In this document: positions 20,298 to 30,020 of the stretch, in pieces | Numbering within the stretch: the stretch's first letter is position 1 | How the letters are laid out: every line of letters begins with the position of its first letter | From: an uncultured Chloroflexia bacterium | Lineage (GTDB): Bacteria; Chloroflexota; Anaerolineae; Anaerolineales; UBA4823 | NCBI GenBank assembly: GCA_963743215.1 | Contig: CAVUOY010000008.1 | Span: forward strand, 256,275 to 320,274 | Direction of reading: 5' to 3' | Length of the DNA stretch: 64,000 nt | Program-made: the position numbers and the translations under genes | Notes under the pieces: model-generated | Database searches by the model: none | Told to the model about the DNA's origin: nothing | The model's input: the letters and a program-made list of their open reading frames with translations, nothing else

Positions 20298-20350
20298 AAA
20301 GCGACCCCCTTGCGCATACCCCAATCAAAAAAAACAGTGATTGGGGAACA

Positions 20351-20399
20351 TTATATAAAAACCTCCCCCAAGCTAACGAGGGTATCTCTTAGGGGAAGG
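20351..20399 (-). terminator. Candidate intrinsic terminator of the M20 dipeptidase gene
   Basis: The minus strand reads CCTTCCCC-(22 nt)-GGGGGAGG followed by TTTTTATATAA. That is an 8-bp stem including one G-U pair, about 25 nt after the stop. The large loop lowers confidence. Confidence 0.35.
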
Positions 20400-20422
20400 A
20401 GAACGTTACATAATATTGTGAG

Positions 20423-21786
20423 TTATTGAGTGCCGAATTCCTTCAGGATGCGAGCAATGTGCATGGCGCCTTTTATATACAAGTCGAGGCGGATATTTTC
20501 ATTGGGTGCATGACCCTGCGAGCCTGGATACCCAATGCCAGCAGACACTACGGGTAAATGAAGATTATGTACAAAGGCATGGTTGGGTCCTGAACCCCCA
20601 CTCATGGGAACGATTTGCATCGGTACTCCATAAACTGAACGAGCAGTTTCAACCACCAAGGCGACAAATGGGTCATCAGGATTGGTGCGCGGCGGGTTCT
20701 TCGCCTCCCAGGAATTTTATCTGTACATCTGGGAAACCCACTTTATCTAAATGGGTGCGTAAAGATTTCAAAACCTGGTCCGGAGTTTGATCAGGAACAA
20801 GACGGAAGTCTACTTTTGCAGAAGCACGCGACGGAAGAACGGTCTTTGAACCTTCACCCTGGTAACCGGAAGTAAGACCACAGATGGTACAGGTGGGTTC
20901 GAATACTTCAGCAAGCTTTAACTCCAGACCACCGGTGAGACCGCGTAAGAAATGATCGACACCATAACGGGTTTTGTATTCATCGGAGGTTTCCGGGAGA
21001 GCTTCAAATAATTTCCGGTCGCGCTCGCTCGGAGGCCTGACTGAATCATAATGACCCGGGATCCTGATGCGCTCATCTTCTCCCTTAAGAGAGGCGAGTG
21101 CCCAAACTAATCTCCAGGCAGCATTGGGGAAAATTGAGCCACCTATTCCAGAGTGCACATCAATTTTAGCGGTTTCCACAAATAATTCGACGTAACATAT
21201 TCCGCGCAATCCGAGATATTGGACAGGAACTTCATGATGATCCACACCGCCAAATTCCCAAATACATGCATCGGCCTTTAATTTATCCAGATGAGTTAAG
21301 ACAAAATCCTTCAGGTGAATGCTGCTTACCTCCTCTTCTCCTTCGACAATGAATTTTATATTGCAAGGTAACTCACCATCACAGGCGAGTAAAGCGTCGA
21401 TCGCATATAAGCGGCTGACCAGATGACCCTTATCGTCACTTACTCCCCTGGCATACAACTTACCATCCCGAAGCGTCGGCTCGAACGGTGGACTTTCCCA
21501 TAAATCCAGTGGTTCGGGTGGCTGGACATCATAATGGTTATAAAAGAGCAAAGTCTTGTTAGAGCGACCATGTCTCTCCGCATAAACCACAGGAGCACCA
21601 GCGGTGTCGACGATTTCGGTTTTAAACCCCCTACTTGTGAGCATCTGCTGCGGTCAAGGCCGCACATTCAACAAGACCCCAATTTTGGGCTGCTACGCTG
21701 GGTTGACTACAATAGCGAGATAACTCAGCCATGCTTTTATCAAGATTTTCGCGTAGATAGGCATCATACAAGTTTATGTCTAGCAT
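20423..21786 (-). pseudogene. M20-family dipeptidase (Zn peptidase), two frameshifts
   Basis: The core ORF 20676..21644 has LLFYNHYDVQPPEPLDLWESPPFEPTLRDGKLYARGVSDDKGHL. The C-terminus lies in ORF 20423..20659 (VVETARSVYGVP...GSGPNHAF...HAPNENIRL). The N-terminus is from my own translation from ATG 21786 with AGGAG upstream: MLDINLYDAYLRENLDKSMAELSRYCSQPSVAAQNWGLVECAALTAA. The joins are near 21641..21650 and 20685..20695 (EEPA|RTNPDDPFV). Confidence 0.75.
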
Positions 21787-21801
21787 AATACACTCCTGTT
21801 A

Positions 21802-22356
21802 TCACCCGAATAGCGATTTAAGTGAACCCCCGGTAAACGCAAAAAAGAGCATTTTTAGAGTTTCACCCAACCAGGTCCAAAAAAAGAATTTTAGAACCGG
21901 CATCCTAAGCGCTCCTGCAGCTGCTCCGGTGATGTCAAAGAAGGGGTTGGGAATTGCTGAAAGAAATAATACCGATAAAGGGCCATTTTTTCTGACCCAT
22001 TCGACCATACGCCGGTAGATATTTACTCGCTCAACTACCGGCTGGCTACCAAAACCGGCGAGATATCCAGTTAGCTCTCCCAATGCTGCGCCGATTCCTG
22101 CCACGAGAGCTACCAAGAGCGGGTTAAATACAGCCCCCATTGCTGAGACGACAATAAGACCGGGAACAGGCAGGATTACCGTAGCATATGTCAGAAAGGA
22201 GAGAATAAAAATACCCGGATAACCGTATTTCTCTAACCCTTGTGCCTTATCTCGATTGATGATGATAAAAGCTGTAAGCGCAAGGACGAAAAGAACCGAA
22301 AGTACTCGCACTGCGACCAGAAACCATTTTGATTTAACGAAAGATTTACTGCTCAA
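21802..22356 (-). CDS. VTT-domain (DedA/YqaA-like) membrane protein
   Basis: 184-aa polytopic ORF. Contains [17 protein letters not shown] and GELTGYLAG, typical of the SNARE-associated/VTT family. Confidence 0.6.
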   Translation of the reverse strand: MSSKSFVKSKWFLVAVRVLSVLFVLALTAFIIINRDKAQGLEKYGYPGIFILSFLTYATVILPVPGLIVVSAMGAVFNPLLVALVAGIGAALGELTGYLAGFGSQPVVERVNIYRRMVEWVRKNGPLSVLFLSAIPNPFFDITGAAAGALRMPVLKFFFWTWLGETLKMLFFAFTGGSLKSLFG

Positions 22357-22858
22357 GGATAGTCACAGATATTAGCTTTACTGCAGGAGAATCGCGTTTG
22401 GATGGATCGCGGGGAGATATCGATAATAGTATCTTTAACCCATCGGTAATCTGTCCAAAAACGGTATGTTTTCCATCCAGCCACGGAGTAGCAACATGTG
22501 TGATGAAAAATTGGGAGCCATTCGTGTTAGGTCCTGCGTTTGCCATCGACAAGACACCAGGCTTATCATGTCGCAAGTTGCTGACGAACTCGTCTGCAAA
22601 ACGATAACCAGGTCCTCCCATGCCAGTACCAGTTGGATCGCCACCCTGGGCCATGAAATCTGATATCACGCGGTGAAAAATTGTGCCATTATAAAACCCT
22701 TGACGTGCTAAAAATACGAAGTTATTAACAGTATTTGGAGTTTTATCGGCAAATAACTTAATCGTGATATCACCTTTGTCTGTTTTCAGAACAGCTGAAT
22801 AGCTTTGTTTCGGATCAATCTCCATTTTTGGAGGGGTTGACCATTGTTGATAGGACAT
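22346..22858 (-). CDS. Cyclophilin-type peptidyl-prolyl cis-trans isomerase
   Basis: [25 protein letters not shown] and [17 protein letters not shown]. Confidence 0.9.
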   Translation of the reverse strand: MSYQQWSTPPKMEIDPKQSYSAVLKTDKGDITIKLFADKTPNTVNNFVFLARQGFYNGTIFHRVISDFMAQGGDPTGTGMGGPGYRFADEFVSNLRHDKPGVLSMANAGPNTNGSQFFITHVATPWLDGKHTVFGQITDGLKILLSISPRDPSKRDSPAVKLISVTILEQ

Positions 22859-22875
22859 TCTTATTCCTTTCTGCT

Positions 22876-23514
22876 TTATGTATGGTGACTGCGGAGTAAT
22901 GATTCGATTCGGGCGACGACCATATCCATGGCAACCGTATTCAAGCCACCCTCAGGGATGATCACATCAGCGTAGCGTTTGGAAGGCTCAACAAATTCCA
23001 GATGCATTGGTCGGACGGTTGACATATATTGATTGATGACAGATGTGCTGGTTCGCCCGCGTTCAGCAATATCGCGTTCTAGACGACGTATAAAGCGAAT
23101 GTCGGGGTCAGTATCGACATATATTTTCACGTCAAATAACTCACGCAACCCTTTTTCAGCCAGGATCAGGATACCCTCAACTAAGATCACAGGTTGTGGA
23201 TCAAGGTGTAATGTTTGAGATGTACGCGTATGGGTTTTAAAATCGTAAACCGGGAGCTCTACGGACTGGTAATTCTTCAGCCGTTTAATGTGGTCGATCA
23301 TTAAATTAGTTTCAAGCGAATCAGGGTGGTCGAAATTATTAGAAGCCCGATGAATGGGATCTAATTGGGCTAAATCTTTGTAATAAGCATCATGAGGTAA
23401 AAGGGCAATATGATTTGCACCCACCCGATCGATGATCACTTTTGCAACAGTTGATTTTCCTGAACCAGTACCACCAGCAATACCAATAACGAGAGGGGGT
23501 GTACGATTTGGCAT
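22876..23514 (-). CDS. udk: Uridine kinase
   Basis: P-loop [17 protein letters not shown] and a udk-like length (212 aa), with a collinear DHPDS..., [24 protein letters not shown] pattern. Confidence 0.85.
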   Translation of the reverse strand: MPNRTPPLVIGIAGGTGSGKSTVAKVIIDRVGANHIALLPHDAYYKDLAQLDPIHRASNNFDHPDSLETNLMIDHIKRLKNYQSVELPVYDFKTHTRTSQTLHLDPQPVILVEGILILAEKGLRELFDVKIYVDTDPDIRFIRRLERDIAERGRTSTSVINQYMSTVRPMHLEFVEPSKRYADVIIPEGGLNTVAMDMVVARIESLLRSHHT

Positions 23515-23520
23515 GTTGGA

Positions 23521-23526
23521 ATTATA
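23521..23526 (-). promoter_or_regulatory. -10 hexamer TATAAT placed 6 nt upstream of the udk ATG (leaderless arrangement)
   Basis: The minus strand reads TATAAT-tccaac-ATG. There is no SD. Confidence 0.4.
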
Positions 23527-23570
23527 CTGGAATACGCCTATAGGTGGTAGTAAATCAAAGGTAGAGCAAC

Positions 23571-23606
23571 AATTTTAAACAACAAAGGCAACGAAAGTGC
23601 GTTGCC
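23571..23606 (-). terminator. Intrinsic terminator downstream of tRNA-Thr
   Basis: The minus strand reads GGCAACG-cacttt-CGTTGCC (7-bp stem, 23587..23606) followed by TTTGTTGTTTAAAATT. Confidence 0.55.
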
Positions 23607-23614
23607 TGATGGTG

Positions 23615-23687
23615 AGCCACCGAAGGGAATCGAACCCTTGACCTAACGTTTACGAAACGCTTGCTCTACCGGCTGAGCTACGGTGGC
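23615..23687 (-). tRNA. tRNA-Thr (anticodon CGU)
   Basis: The reverse complement reads GCCACCG-UA-GCUC-AGCCGGUA-GAGC-A-AGCGU-UUCGUAA-ACGUU-AGGUC-AAGGG-UUCGAUU-CCCUU-CGGUGGC-U. This is a clean 73-nt cloverleaf with T-loop UUCGAUU and anticodon loop U-U-CGU-A-A. The 3' CCA is not encoded directly after the discriminator (the next bases are CACCA). Confidence 0.9.
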
Positions 23688-23710
23688 AATCGGGAAATAA
23701 AAGCGACGGG

Positions 23711-23719
23711 ATTATACCA
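23711..23719 (-). promoter_or_regulatory. Extended -10 (TGGTATAAT) upstream of tRNA-Thr
   Basis: The minus strand reads TGGTATAAT, ending 23 nt upstream of the mature tRNA 5' end. Confidence 0.4.
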
Positions 23720-23785
23720 CAGCTAACATGAGAAGCATATCAGCCAGGAAAACGTACATACGGAGATAACAATTAGGGTGATGTT

Positions 23786-25063
23786 ATGCGCATAGCCATG
23801 TTATCGTACCATACATGCCCACTCGCGACCCTGGGGGGAAAAGATACGGGAGGAATGAATGTTTACGTGAGGGAAATCACACGACAACTCGGAGTGATGG
23901 GAATTCATGTGGATGTTTTTACCCGGTCTCAGAATGAACATGTTCCGCATGTTCTGCATGATTTAGGATACGGTAACCGCATTGTGCATATACCTGCGGG
24001 TCCGGAATATCCTTTACCTAAAAATGAATTGGTGACATATTTACCCCAATTTGCTGAGGGAATTCGTGATTTCGCGAAGAACAAAGGTTTGGAGTATGAC
24101 CTTATTCACAGCCATTACTGGATGTCGGGTATTGCGGCGATCGAGCTGAAAAAGTTTTGGAACATCCCATACATACAGATGTTTCATACTTTAGGATTGA
24201 TGAAGAATAGGGTAGCTCAATCTCAAGATGAGATGGAGGGAGAATACAGAATTGAGGGTGAACGCGAAGTATTAAATACTGCCGATAGAATTATCGCCGC
24301 GACACCTGCTGAATACGCACAATTATTGTGGTTGTACCAGGCGAATGTAAACAAGATCGTGGTTTTATCACCTGGAGTGGACATAGGCAGATTTTATCCA
24401 ATACCGGCGGATGAAGCCAAGGAATATATCGGAGTACCGCCTTGCGGACGAATGCTCCTATTTGTGGGCAGGATCGAACATTTGAAAGGGTTGGATGTGT
24501 TAATTGAAGCCATCGGGATTATGCGACAAAATGAGATATTGAAAGATTATCCATTTTGTTTAGCGATTATTGGTGGGGAACCGGATGAAAGCGCTGAATA
24601 TGAAAATATCGAACTGTCACGCATTAAGGCATTAACTGAGAAACATGGATTAAGCGATCTGGTGACATTTTTGGGAAAAAGAAATCAAGAATCACTTCCA
24701 TATTATTATTCTGCTGCTGAGGCAGTGGTTGTGCCATCTCAATACGAATCATTTGGTATGGTAGCACTGGAAGCTATGGCGTGTGGAATCCCAGTGGTTG
24801 CTTCTCAAATTGGTGGACTGGCTTACCTGGTACAGGACGGTGTGACTGGTTACACCGTCCCCGTGGATGAACCGGTGGAGCTTGCCAATCGATTGACGTT
24901 ATTACTTCGAGATCAAGACTTGCGTAATCGAATGGGAAAACAGGCAGTCCAAGTGGCGCGAGAATATGCCTGGGACAAAATTGCATCCAAGCTGCTGGGA
25001 GTGTATGATGAGTTGTTAGGCAAACCTACAGGCAACCAGGCTGGTACTAATCCTGGGATGTAA
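23786..25063 (+). CDS. GT4-family glycosyltransferase (MshA-like retaining GT-B)
   Basis: MRIAMLSYHTCPLATLGGKDTGGMNVYVREI at the N-terminus and the ESFGMVALEAMACGIPVVAS motif. 425 aa. Confidence 0.75.
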   Translation: MRIAMLSYHTCPLATLGGKDTGGMNVYVREITRQLGVMGIHVDVFTRSQNEHVPHVLHDLGYGNRIVHIPAGPEYPLPKNELVTYLPQFAEGIRDFAKNKGLEYDLIHSHYWMSGIAAIELKKFWNIPYIQMFHTLGLMKNRVAQSQDEMEGEYRIEGEREVLNTADRIIAATPAEYAQLLWLYQANVNKIVVLSPGVDIGRFYPIPADEAKEYIGVPPCGRMLLFVGRIEHLKGLDVLIEAIGIMRQNEILKDYPFCLAIIGGEPDESAEYENIELSRIKALTEKHGLSDLVTFLGKRNQESLPYYYSAAEAVVVPSQYESFGMVALEAMACGIPVVASQIGGLAYLVQDGVTGYTVPVDEPVELANRLTLLLRDQDLRNRMGKQAVQVAREYAWDKIASKLLGVYDELLGKPTGNQAGTNPGM

Positions 25064-25079
25064 AGTTGAAGATCTAGTT

Positions 25080-26225
25080 TTATTTATTTCCCCATAAGCC
25101 ATACCCATTATTCCGCCGTTCTTCCCGAAGACGGTGTTGTAAGTGAATCTCATTGATATGGGACACTTTTTCATTGATAGCTGCCTGGAGCCATATTTTC
25201 CCTTTTTCAGCAGTGGCTAAACTACCTGCACCATATGCGCCAGTCTTAGTATCATCATCCCAGGGAGGGTTGGCAATTAATGCCCCACCTTCGACCCAAT
25301 CCATATAATAGGATGGCGTGGAAACAAAATCGGTTTCGTCCACCACACGTTCCATGTGCACGAGCGAAGGCTCCAGATGAAGTATAAATGACGTTTCAAG
25401 CTCACATGCATGACCCATGCCGCCAATCTTTGATTGGCGGTGTTTTTCGAGTGAAGCGATTCCAAGAGGACCGGAAAGATACAGCCATGCAGTGGCACAA
25501 AAGATACGGCGATGGCGCTCGCCGGCATATTTTATGGCGTTGATGATAAATGAGCTATTGCCTCCATGACCATTAACCAGATAAAAAAGCTCAAAACCAC
25601 GCCCTGCCAGCACATCGATGATATTGATCCAAAAATCCTCGAATGCCCGACCACCAGCATTCAAGGTACCAGCAAATGATGGGCGATGTGTACTAACACC
25701 ATACGGCATGACAGGTAAGGCAGTGGCCTGAGAGGAGGATAACGTTGCAGTACCCTGGGCGATGGCATCAATGATTAATGTGTCAGTTGAGAGAGGCAGG
25801 TGATGCCCGTGTTGTTCGGTATGGCCGATGGGAATCAGAATCAGTTTGCCTCTCTCAGAATCTGGGGGCAGAGAAGGTATTGTTGATTTATCATTCGTCG
25901 ATGGTAAGGCAATCCAGGGCAAGCCCAGGTTTAAGTTGAGACCTTGAGGTAATACAAGCAGTGTTTTTAGAAATCCATCATCCTTCAGGCCAGAGATGAT
26001 ATTGGTCAGGTAACTTTGTAATATCGATTCTGATACCACCAGACCACTCCCCTGCCAGCCGTACGGGAAGGGCGGTAGTAAACAAGCAACGGATGGATTA
26101 TTTAATGCATCAGCGATCAGATCGAGCGAATACCCTGACCCAAGCGGCAGGATCATGGGTGTATGCCTGGGAAGGGATTTGACTTCCGGCCAGGTCAGCT
26201 GATCATACTGCTTAAATTCCGTCAT
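25080..26225 (-). CDS. Creatininase-family amidohydrolase with an N-terminal extension of about 125 aa
   Basis: The core has LIPIGHTEQHGHHLPLSTDTLI and later GHGGN and HACELETS. The N-terminal extension (QLTWPEVKSLPRHTPMILPLGSGYSL) resembles a degenerate copy of the family N-terminus. Confidence 0.7.
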   Translation of the reverse strand: MTEFKQYDQLTWPEVKSLPRHTPMILPLGSGYSLDLIADALNNPSVACLLPPFPYGWQGSGLVVSESILQSYLTNIISGLKDDGFLKTLLVLPQGLNLNLGLPWIALPSTNDKSTIPSLPPDSERGKLILIPIGHTEQHGHHLPLSTDTLIIDAIAQGTATLSSSQATALPVMPYGVSTHRPSFAGTLNAGGRAFEDFWINIIDVLAGRGFELFYLVNGHGGNSSFIINAIKYAGERHRRIFCATAWLYLSGPLGIASLEKHRQSKIGGMGHACELETSFILHLEPSLVHMERVVDETDFVSTPSYYMDWVEGGALIANPPWDDDTKTGAYGAGSLATAEKGKIWLQAAINEKVSHINEIHLQHRLREERRNNGYGLWGNK

Positions 26226-26227
26226 CT

Positions 26228-26893
26228 TTATAACTTCGATAATAACTCGGATTTCTTCTGTTGGAATTCCACTTCTGTCAAAATTCCCTGTGCGCGTAAT
26301 TCTGCCAGCTTGCTGATCATATGCGGGATTTCGGTCTTGTTATCAGTTACCGGTAAAGGTGCGGGCATTGGTGCCGGCTCAACCGCATGTTCAAGGTACT
26401 CTTTCGCATTGATCAAAGCACTCTTGAACTTCACCGGATTATCGATTTTCTTAAAAAGGTTCACACCCAGTTCACTGGCGGTCAATATTTCAATATCCCC
26501 GTATCCGAACATGCGTCCCATCGCAGATTGATCCATCTTGATATCATTTACCTTGTCAAGTGAAGAGTCAATCACACTTTTATTGAAGATGCCTGAAATT
26601 TGCATCACTCGATGATTGGTGATAATAAACTGGTGATTGGTCCAATCTAGGGTATCACGCGTACCGGTGGCGATTGGAATTAACAGGATGACAAAGCCAA
26701 TCAATGGAATGATGAATCCGAATGGTGGATTATTTTGCAATAAGACAGTTCCAGTGATGGTCAGAGCAAATATAACCAAGATCAATACTACTTCCAAAAC
26801 GATTGATCTGGCAAGAACGAACCAGTGGTGACGGGTGGCGAGAATAATATTCTCACGATCGCCTAACAGACTTTGAAGATAGTGGCCAGCCAT
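26228..26893 (-). CDS. Membrane protein with a bacterial PH (YdbT-like) domain and a C-terminal SHOCT domain
   Basis: Two TM helices are followed by the PH-like region (NHRVMQISGIFNKSVIDSSLDKVNDIKMDQSAMGRMFGYGDIEI). The SHOCT motif ISKLAELRAQGILTEVEFQQKKSELLSKL is at the C-terminus. Confidence 0.65.
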   Translation of the reverse strand: MAGHYLQSLLGDRENIILATRHHWFVLARSIVLEVVLILVIFALTITGTVLLQNNPPFGFIIPLIGFVILLIPIATGTRDTLDWTNHQFIITNHRVMQISGIFNKSVIDSSLDKVNDIKMDQSAMGRMFGYGDIEILTASELGVNLFKKIDNPVKFKSALINAKEYLEHAVEPAPMPAPLPVTDNKTEIPHMISKLAELRAQGILTEVEFQQKKSELLSKL

Positions 26894-26932
26894 ATTACTT
26901 ACCTCCTGTGTGGGCTATTTATTTGATATACG

Positions 26933-28105
26933 TTATTTTAGTGCAGAAGTTATCTCTTGCCTGGCTTTATTTAACAAGTCAGGATTAATCATCAAATCGA
27001 TTGCAGTCATCGCCAGGGCTTTAGCCGCATCCAGCATGGCTGCTTTTCCTGCTTCAGAGATACAGAATTGCTTAAATTCCAAGGTGTGACCGGCGATATT
27101 TTCTGGTGCGATCGCCAGGTATGGATGAATCGAAGGGATAACATGACTTACGTCGCCCATATCGGTAGAACCCATACGCTCGTTAGGGTCAGGGTCAACA
27201 ACAATCCGACCCAATGATTCCAGATTGGCTTTGAATAGTCCAGCCAGGACATGATTGGGTCTGATTTCCTTATATCCGGGGATGAGTTTGAATTTCACGC
27301 GGCATCCAATCGTTTGTGCACCTGCATGAGCACAGGCAATGACCTTCTCAACCAAACTATCCCTGCGGTTGGCATTTAAACTACGAATACTGAAATCGGC
27401 TGAGGCATAAGCGGGGATGATATTGGCTGCTTCTCCGCCATTAGTGATCACTCCAGAAATTCGGTCCTTCGGTCCCAGGGTAGGCCGCAAAGCATGGATG
27501 TTGTTAAACGTCAGGATTAATGCATCGAGAGCATTAATGCCTTCTTCAGGTGCGGCAGCAGCATGAGAAGCCTTCCCAAAGAATTCAAGCTTGATCTTTG
27601 AGGAGGCTAGTGATGGGCGGAGAACCAAATTCTTACTGGCGGGATGGAACATCATGGCGGCATCAACGTCATCGAAAATTCCTGCCTTAATCAGCAAGAT
27701 TTTACCGCCACCACCTTCTTCTGCGGGGGTTCCAATGACCTGGATTTGGCCTGGTAGACCTGGTTTGATCGTAGCTAATGCCAAACCTGCCCCGACCGCA
27801 GCAGCAGCGATCAAGTTATGGCCACAAGCATGACCGAGTCCAACCAAAGCATCATACTCTGCCAAGATTGCGATCCTGGGATTTGTGTTATCGCCAAAGG
27901 TCGCCCGGAAGGCAGTATCCAACCCGGCGATACCGGATTCAATTTTATAACCAGCATTTTCAAGAGTTGCAGTTAATAATCTACTGGCGTGATTTTCTTT
28001 GAAAGCTACTTCAGGGTCATTGAACAGGGTAGTGCTGATATCCCATAATTTCTGTGAAAGCTGTGCTATTGCTTTTATCACCTGTTTTTTATAGTCATCA
28101 GCCAT
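26933..28105 (-). CDS. M20D-family amidohydrolase / peptidase
   Basis: 390 aa. Contains GLGHACGHNLIAAAAVGAGLAL and GTPAEEGGGGK, typical of M20D amidohydrolases. Confidence 0.8.
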   Translation of the reverse strand: MADDYKKQVIKAIAQLSQKLWDISTTLFNDPEVAFKENHASRLLTATLENAGYKIESGIAGLDTAFRATFGDNTNPRIAILAEYDALVGLGHACGHNLIAAAAVGAGLALATIKPGLPGQIQVIGTPAEEGGGGKILLIKAGIFDDVDAAMMFHPASKNLVLRPSLASSKIKLEFFGKASHAAAAPEEGINALDALILTFNNIHALRPTLGPKDRISGVITNGGEAANIIPAYASADFSIRSLNANRRDSLVEKVIACAHAGAQTIGCRVKFKLIPGYKEIRPNHVLAGLFKANLESLGRIVVDPDPNERMGSTDMGDVSHVIPSIHPYLAIAPENIAGHTLEFKQFCISEAGKAAMLDAAKALAMTAIDLMINPDLLNKARQEITSALK

Positions 28106-28111
28106 GGTTTA

Positions 28112-28117
28112 ATTATA
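28112..28117 (-). promoter_or_regulatory. -10 hexamer TATAAT placed 6 nt upstream of the M20D ATG (leaderless arrangement)
   Basis: The minus strand reads TATAAT-taaacc-ATG. There is no SD. Confidence 0.4.
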
Positions 28118-28330
28118 CGCTAGAAACGATTCGAAAATTATTAGGTAAAAATAAAGAATAGATACTATAATATGCTCATCAGAATGCCAACCACGAATAA
28201 ACAAAATACTATTGATATCTAGAAGGAGGTGAAGGGCTCATATTGATACTATTTTCAACTATAGAGACCTTTTCCGGTGTAAATTAGGTTAATACAGATA
28301 AGATGATCAAAATAATTGGAGGAGAATGTC

Positions 28331-29992
28331 ATGCAACGTAAACGACTTATGTTTACCATTTTTGTCATTTTGATAATCGCCAGTTTCATACTTTCAGGCT
28401 GCCAGAAAGCAAAACAAGCTACCATTCTTACCATCACATGGATCCAGGAATTCGACAGTCTCAATCCAGCCTATACAAATATGTGGTTCTCTACAACCAC
28501 ACAACAATTGTGGAATGCCTGGGCATGGGAATTCGACGATAAAAGCGAACCATTCCCTGTGCTGGTAACTGAGATTCCTAGTGTAGAAAATGGGGGTATA
28601 TCTGCCGACGGAAAAACCATCACCATGCATATTAAACCAGGTGTCAAATGGTCTGATGGAACTGCACTCACATCCACAGATTTTAAATTCACCCAGGAAA
28701 TGTACGTCAGCCCAAACAATGCCGTCAACTCTGCTTATCCATACGATATGATTGACAGTATAGATACTCCGGATGACCAGACAGTGGTAATCAATTTCAC
28801 TGATCCATTTGCTCCCTGGCTGGCATTACTCTGGCACGGCATCTTACCATCTCACATCCTTCAGCCAGTCTTCGATGCAGATGGTACCCTGGATAATGCC
28901 CCCTGGAACTCTGCACCAACAGTTGGACTTGGCCCATATGTGTTTGATAAATGGGAGTCTGGCAGTTTTGCACGTTTTGTGATAAACGATAAATATTGGG
29001 GTACACCTGCCAAGATTGATGAAATTTTCTTCCGCTTTGTTCCAGACCAGGCAGCACAAGTCACTTCTCTTCAGGCCGGTGATGCAGATTTAGGCTACTG
29101 GTTCGATTTCAACGATGCTCAGAAACTAAAGGATGCCGGGTTCCAAGTCGTAGTCGTGCCCAATGGTTATAACGAAGGAATATTCTTCCTGGTGAATAAC
29201 ACGGATGCAATTTACGATGGAAAGACGATTGGCAACCCTGCGCTTTTGGATGTGAATGTACGCAAGGCAATCGCAATGTCTATTGACCGTGAAGCTCTGA
29301 ACCAGCGATTGAACCTCGGGTATACCACCGTACCAGCAAGCTTTTGGGACTCATTCCCGGTTTACAACGATCCACCCGTTGAAAATTATCCTTATGATCC
29401 AGAAGGAGCCAAGACACTATTGGATGCAGCTGGTTGGATAGACAGCAACGGAGATGGAATTCGGGATAAAGATGGCGTTGACTTGACTTTAAACTATGGA
29501 ACAACGAATATGGAAAAACGCCAAAACGCACAGGTGGTAATTCAGGAACAGTTAGCTGCCGTGGGTATTAAGGTAAATCTTCAAAGCCTGGAATCTGATC
29601 TATTTTTTGCTTCATATGATCAAGCTGGTCCTGCGGCAACAGGACAAATAGATCTCCAGGAATGGTCTGACGCTCCACTATTCCCGGATCCCGATATCTA
29701 CTACTGGTACTGCAGTGAAATTCCATCTGCTGACTATCCAGCGGGTTCTAACTGGTTCTTCATGTGTGATGAGGAATTAGATGCCTTGATGTCTCTTCAA
29801 GCCACTCAGGTCAACTTAACTGAAAGGCAGCAAACTATATCCAAGATCAACCAGATCTTCCATGATAAAGTGTACTGGCTGGGATTATGGCAGGATCCAG
29901 ATGACTGGGCGGTTGGATCGAAGTTGCAAAACGTCAAGTTCTCACCAGTAAATCCATTTTATAACATCGCAGAGTGGACGATTACTCAATAA
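28331..29992 (+). CDS. ABC transporter substrate-binding lipoprotein, family 5 (peptide/nickel, OppA/DppA-like)
   Basis: ATG at 28331 is preceded by GGAGGA (28318..28323). The signal peptide has a lipobox (IIASFILSGCQ). It is a family-5 SBP of about 550 aa, followed by two permeases and two ATPases. Confidence 0.8.
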   Translation: MQRKRLMFTIFVILIIASFILSGCQKAKQATILTITWIQEFDSLNPAYTNMWFSTTTQQLWNAWAWEFDDKSEPFPVLVTEIPSVENGGISADGKTITMHIKPGVKWSDGTALTSTDFKFTQEMYVSPNNAVNSAYPYDMIDSIDTPDDQTVVINFTDPFAPWLALLWHGILPSHILQPVFDADGTLDNAPWNSAPTVGLGPYVFDKWESGSFARFVINDKYWGTPAKIDEIFFRFVPDQAAQVTSLQAGDADLGYWFDFNDAQKLKDAGFQVVVVPNGYNEGIFFLVNNTDAIYDGKTIGNPALLDVNVRKAIAMSIDREALNQRLNLGYTTVPASFWDSFPVYNDPPVENYPYDPEGAKTLLDAAGWIDSNGDGIRDKDGVDLTLNYGTTNMEKRQNAQVVIQEQLAAVGIKVNLQSLESDLFFASYDQAGPAATGQIDLQEWSDAPLFPDPDIYYWYCSEIPSADYPAGSNWFFMCDEELDALMSLQATQVNLTERQQTISKINQIFHDKVYWLGLWQDPDDWAVGSKLQNVKFSPVNPFYNIAEWTITQ

Positions 29993-30020
29993 CCTTTTGA
30001 TAGAATAAATTCAATTCGAA

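Noticed and set aside
21440-21667. 75-aa minus-strand ORF overlapping the 5' region of the M20 dipeptidase
   Set aside because: It is a third-frame artefact with Arg/Ser/Cys-rich nonsense sequence. The true N-terminus is encoded from ATG 21786 in another frame.
23515-23785. tRNA-Thr as an integration hotspot for a genomic island or prophage
   Set aside because: I noticed no integrase, no direct repeat of the tRNA 3' end nearby, and no compositional break. The flanking genes (udk, GT4) are ordinary housekeeping-type genes.
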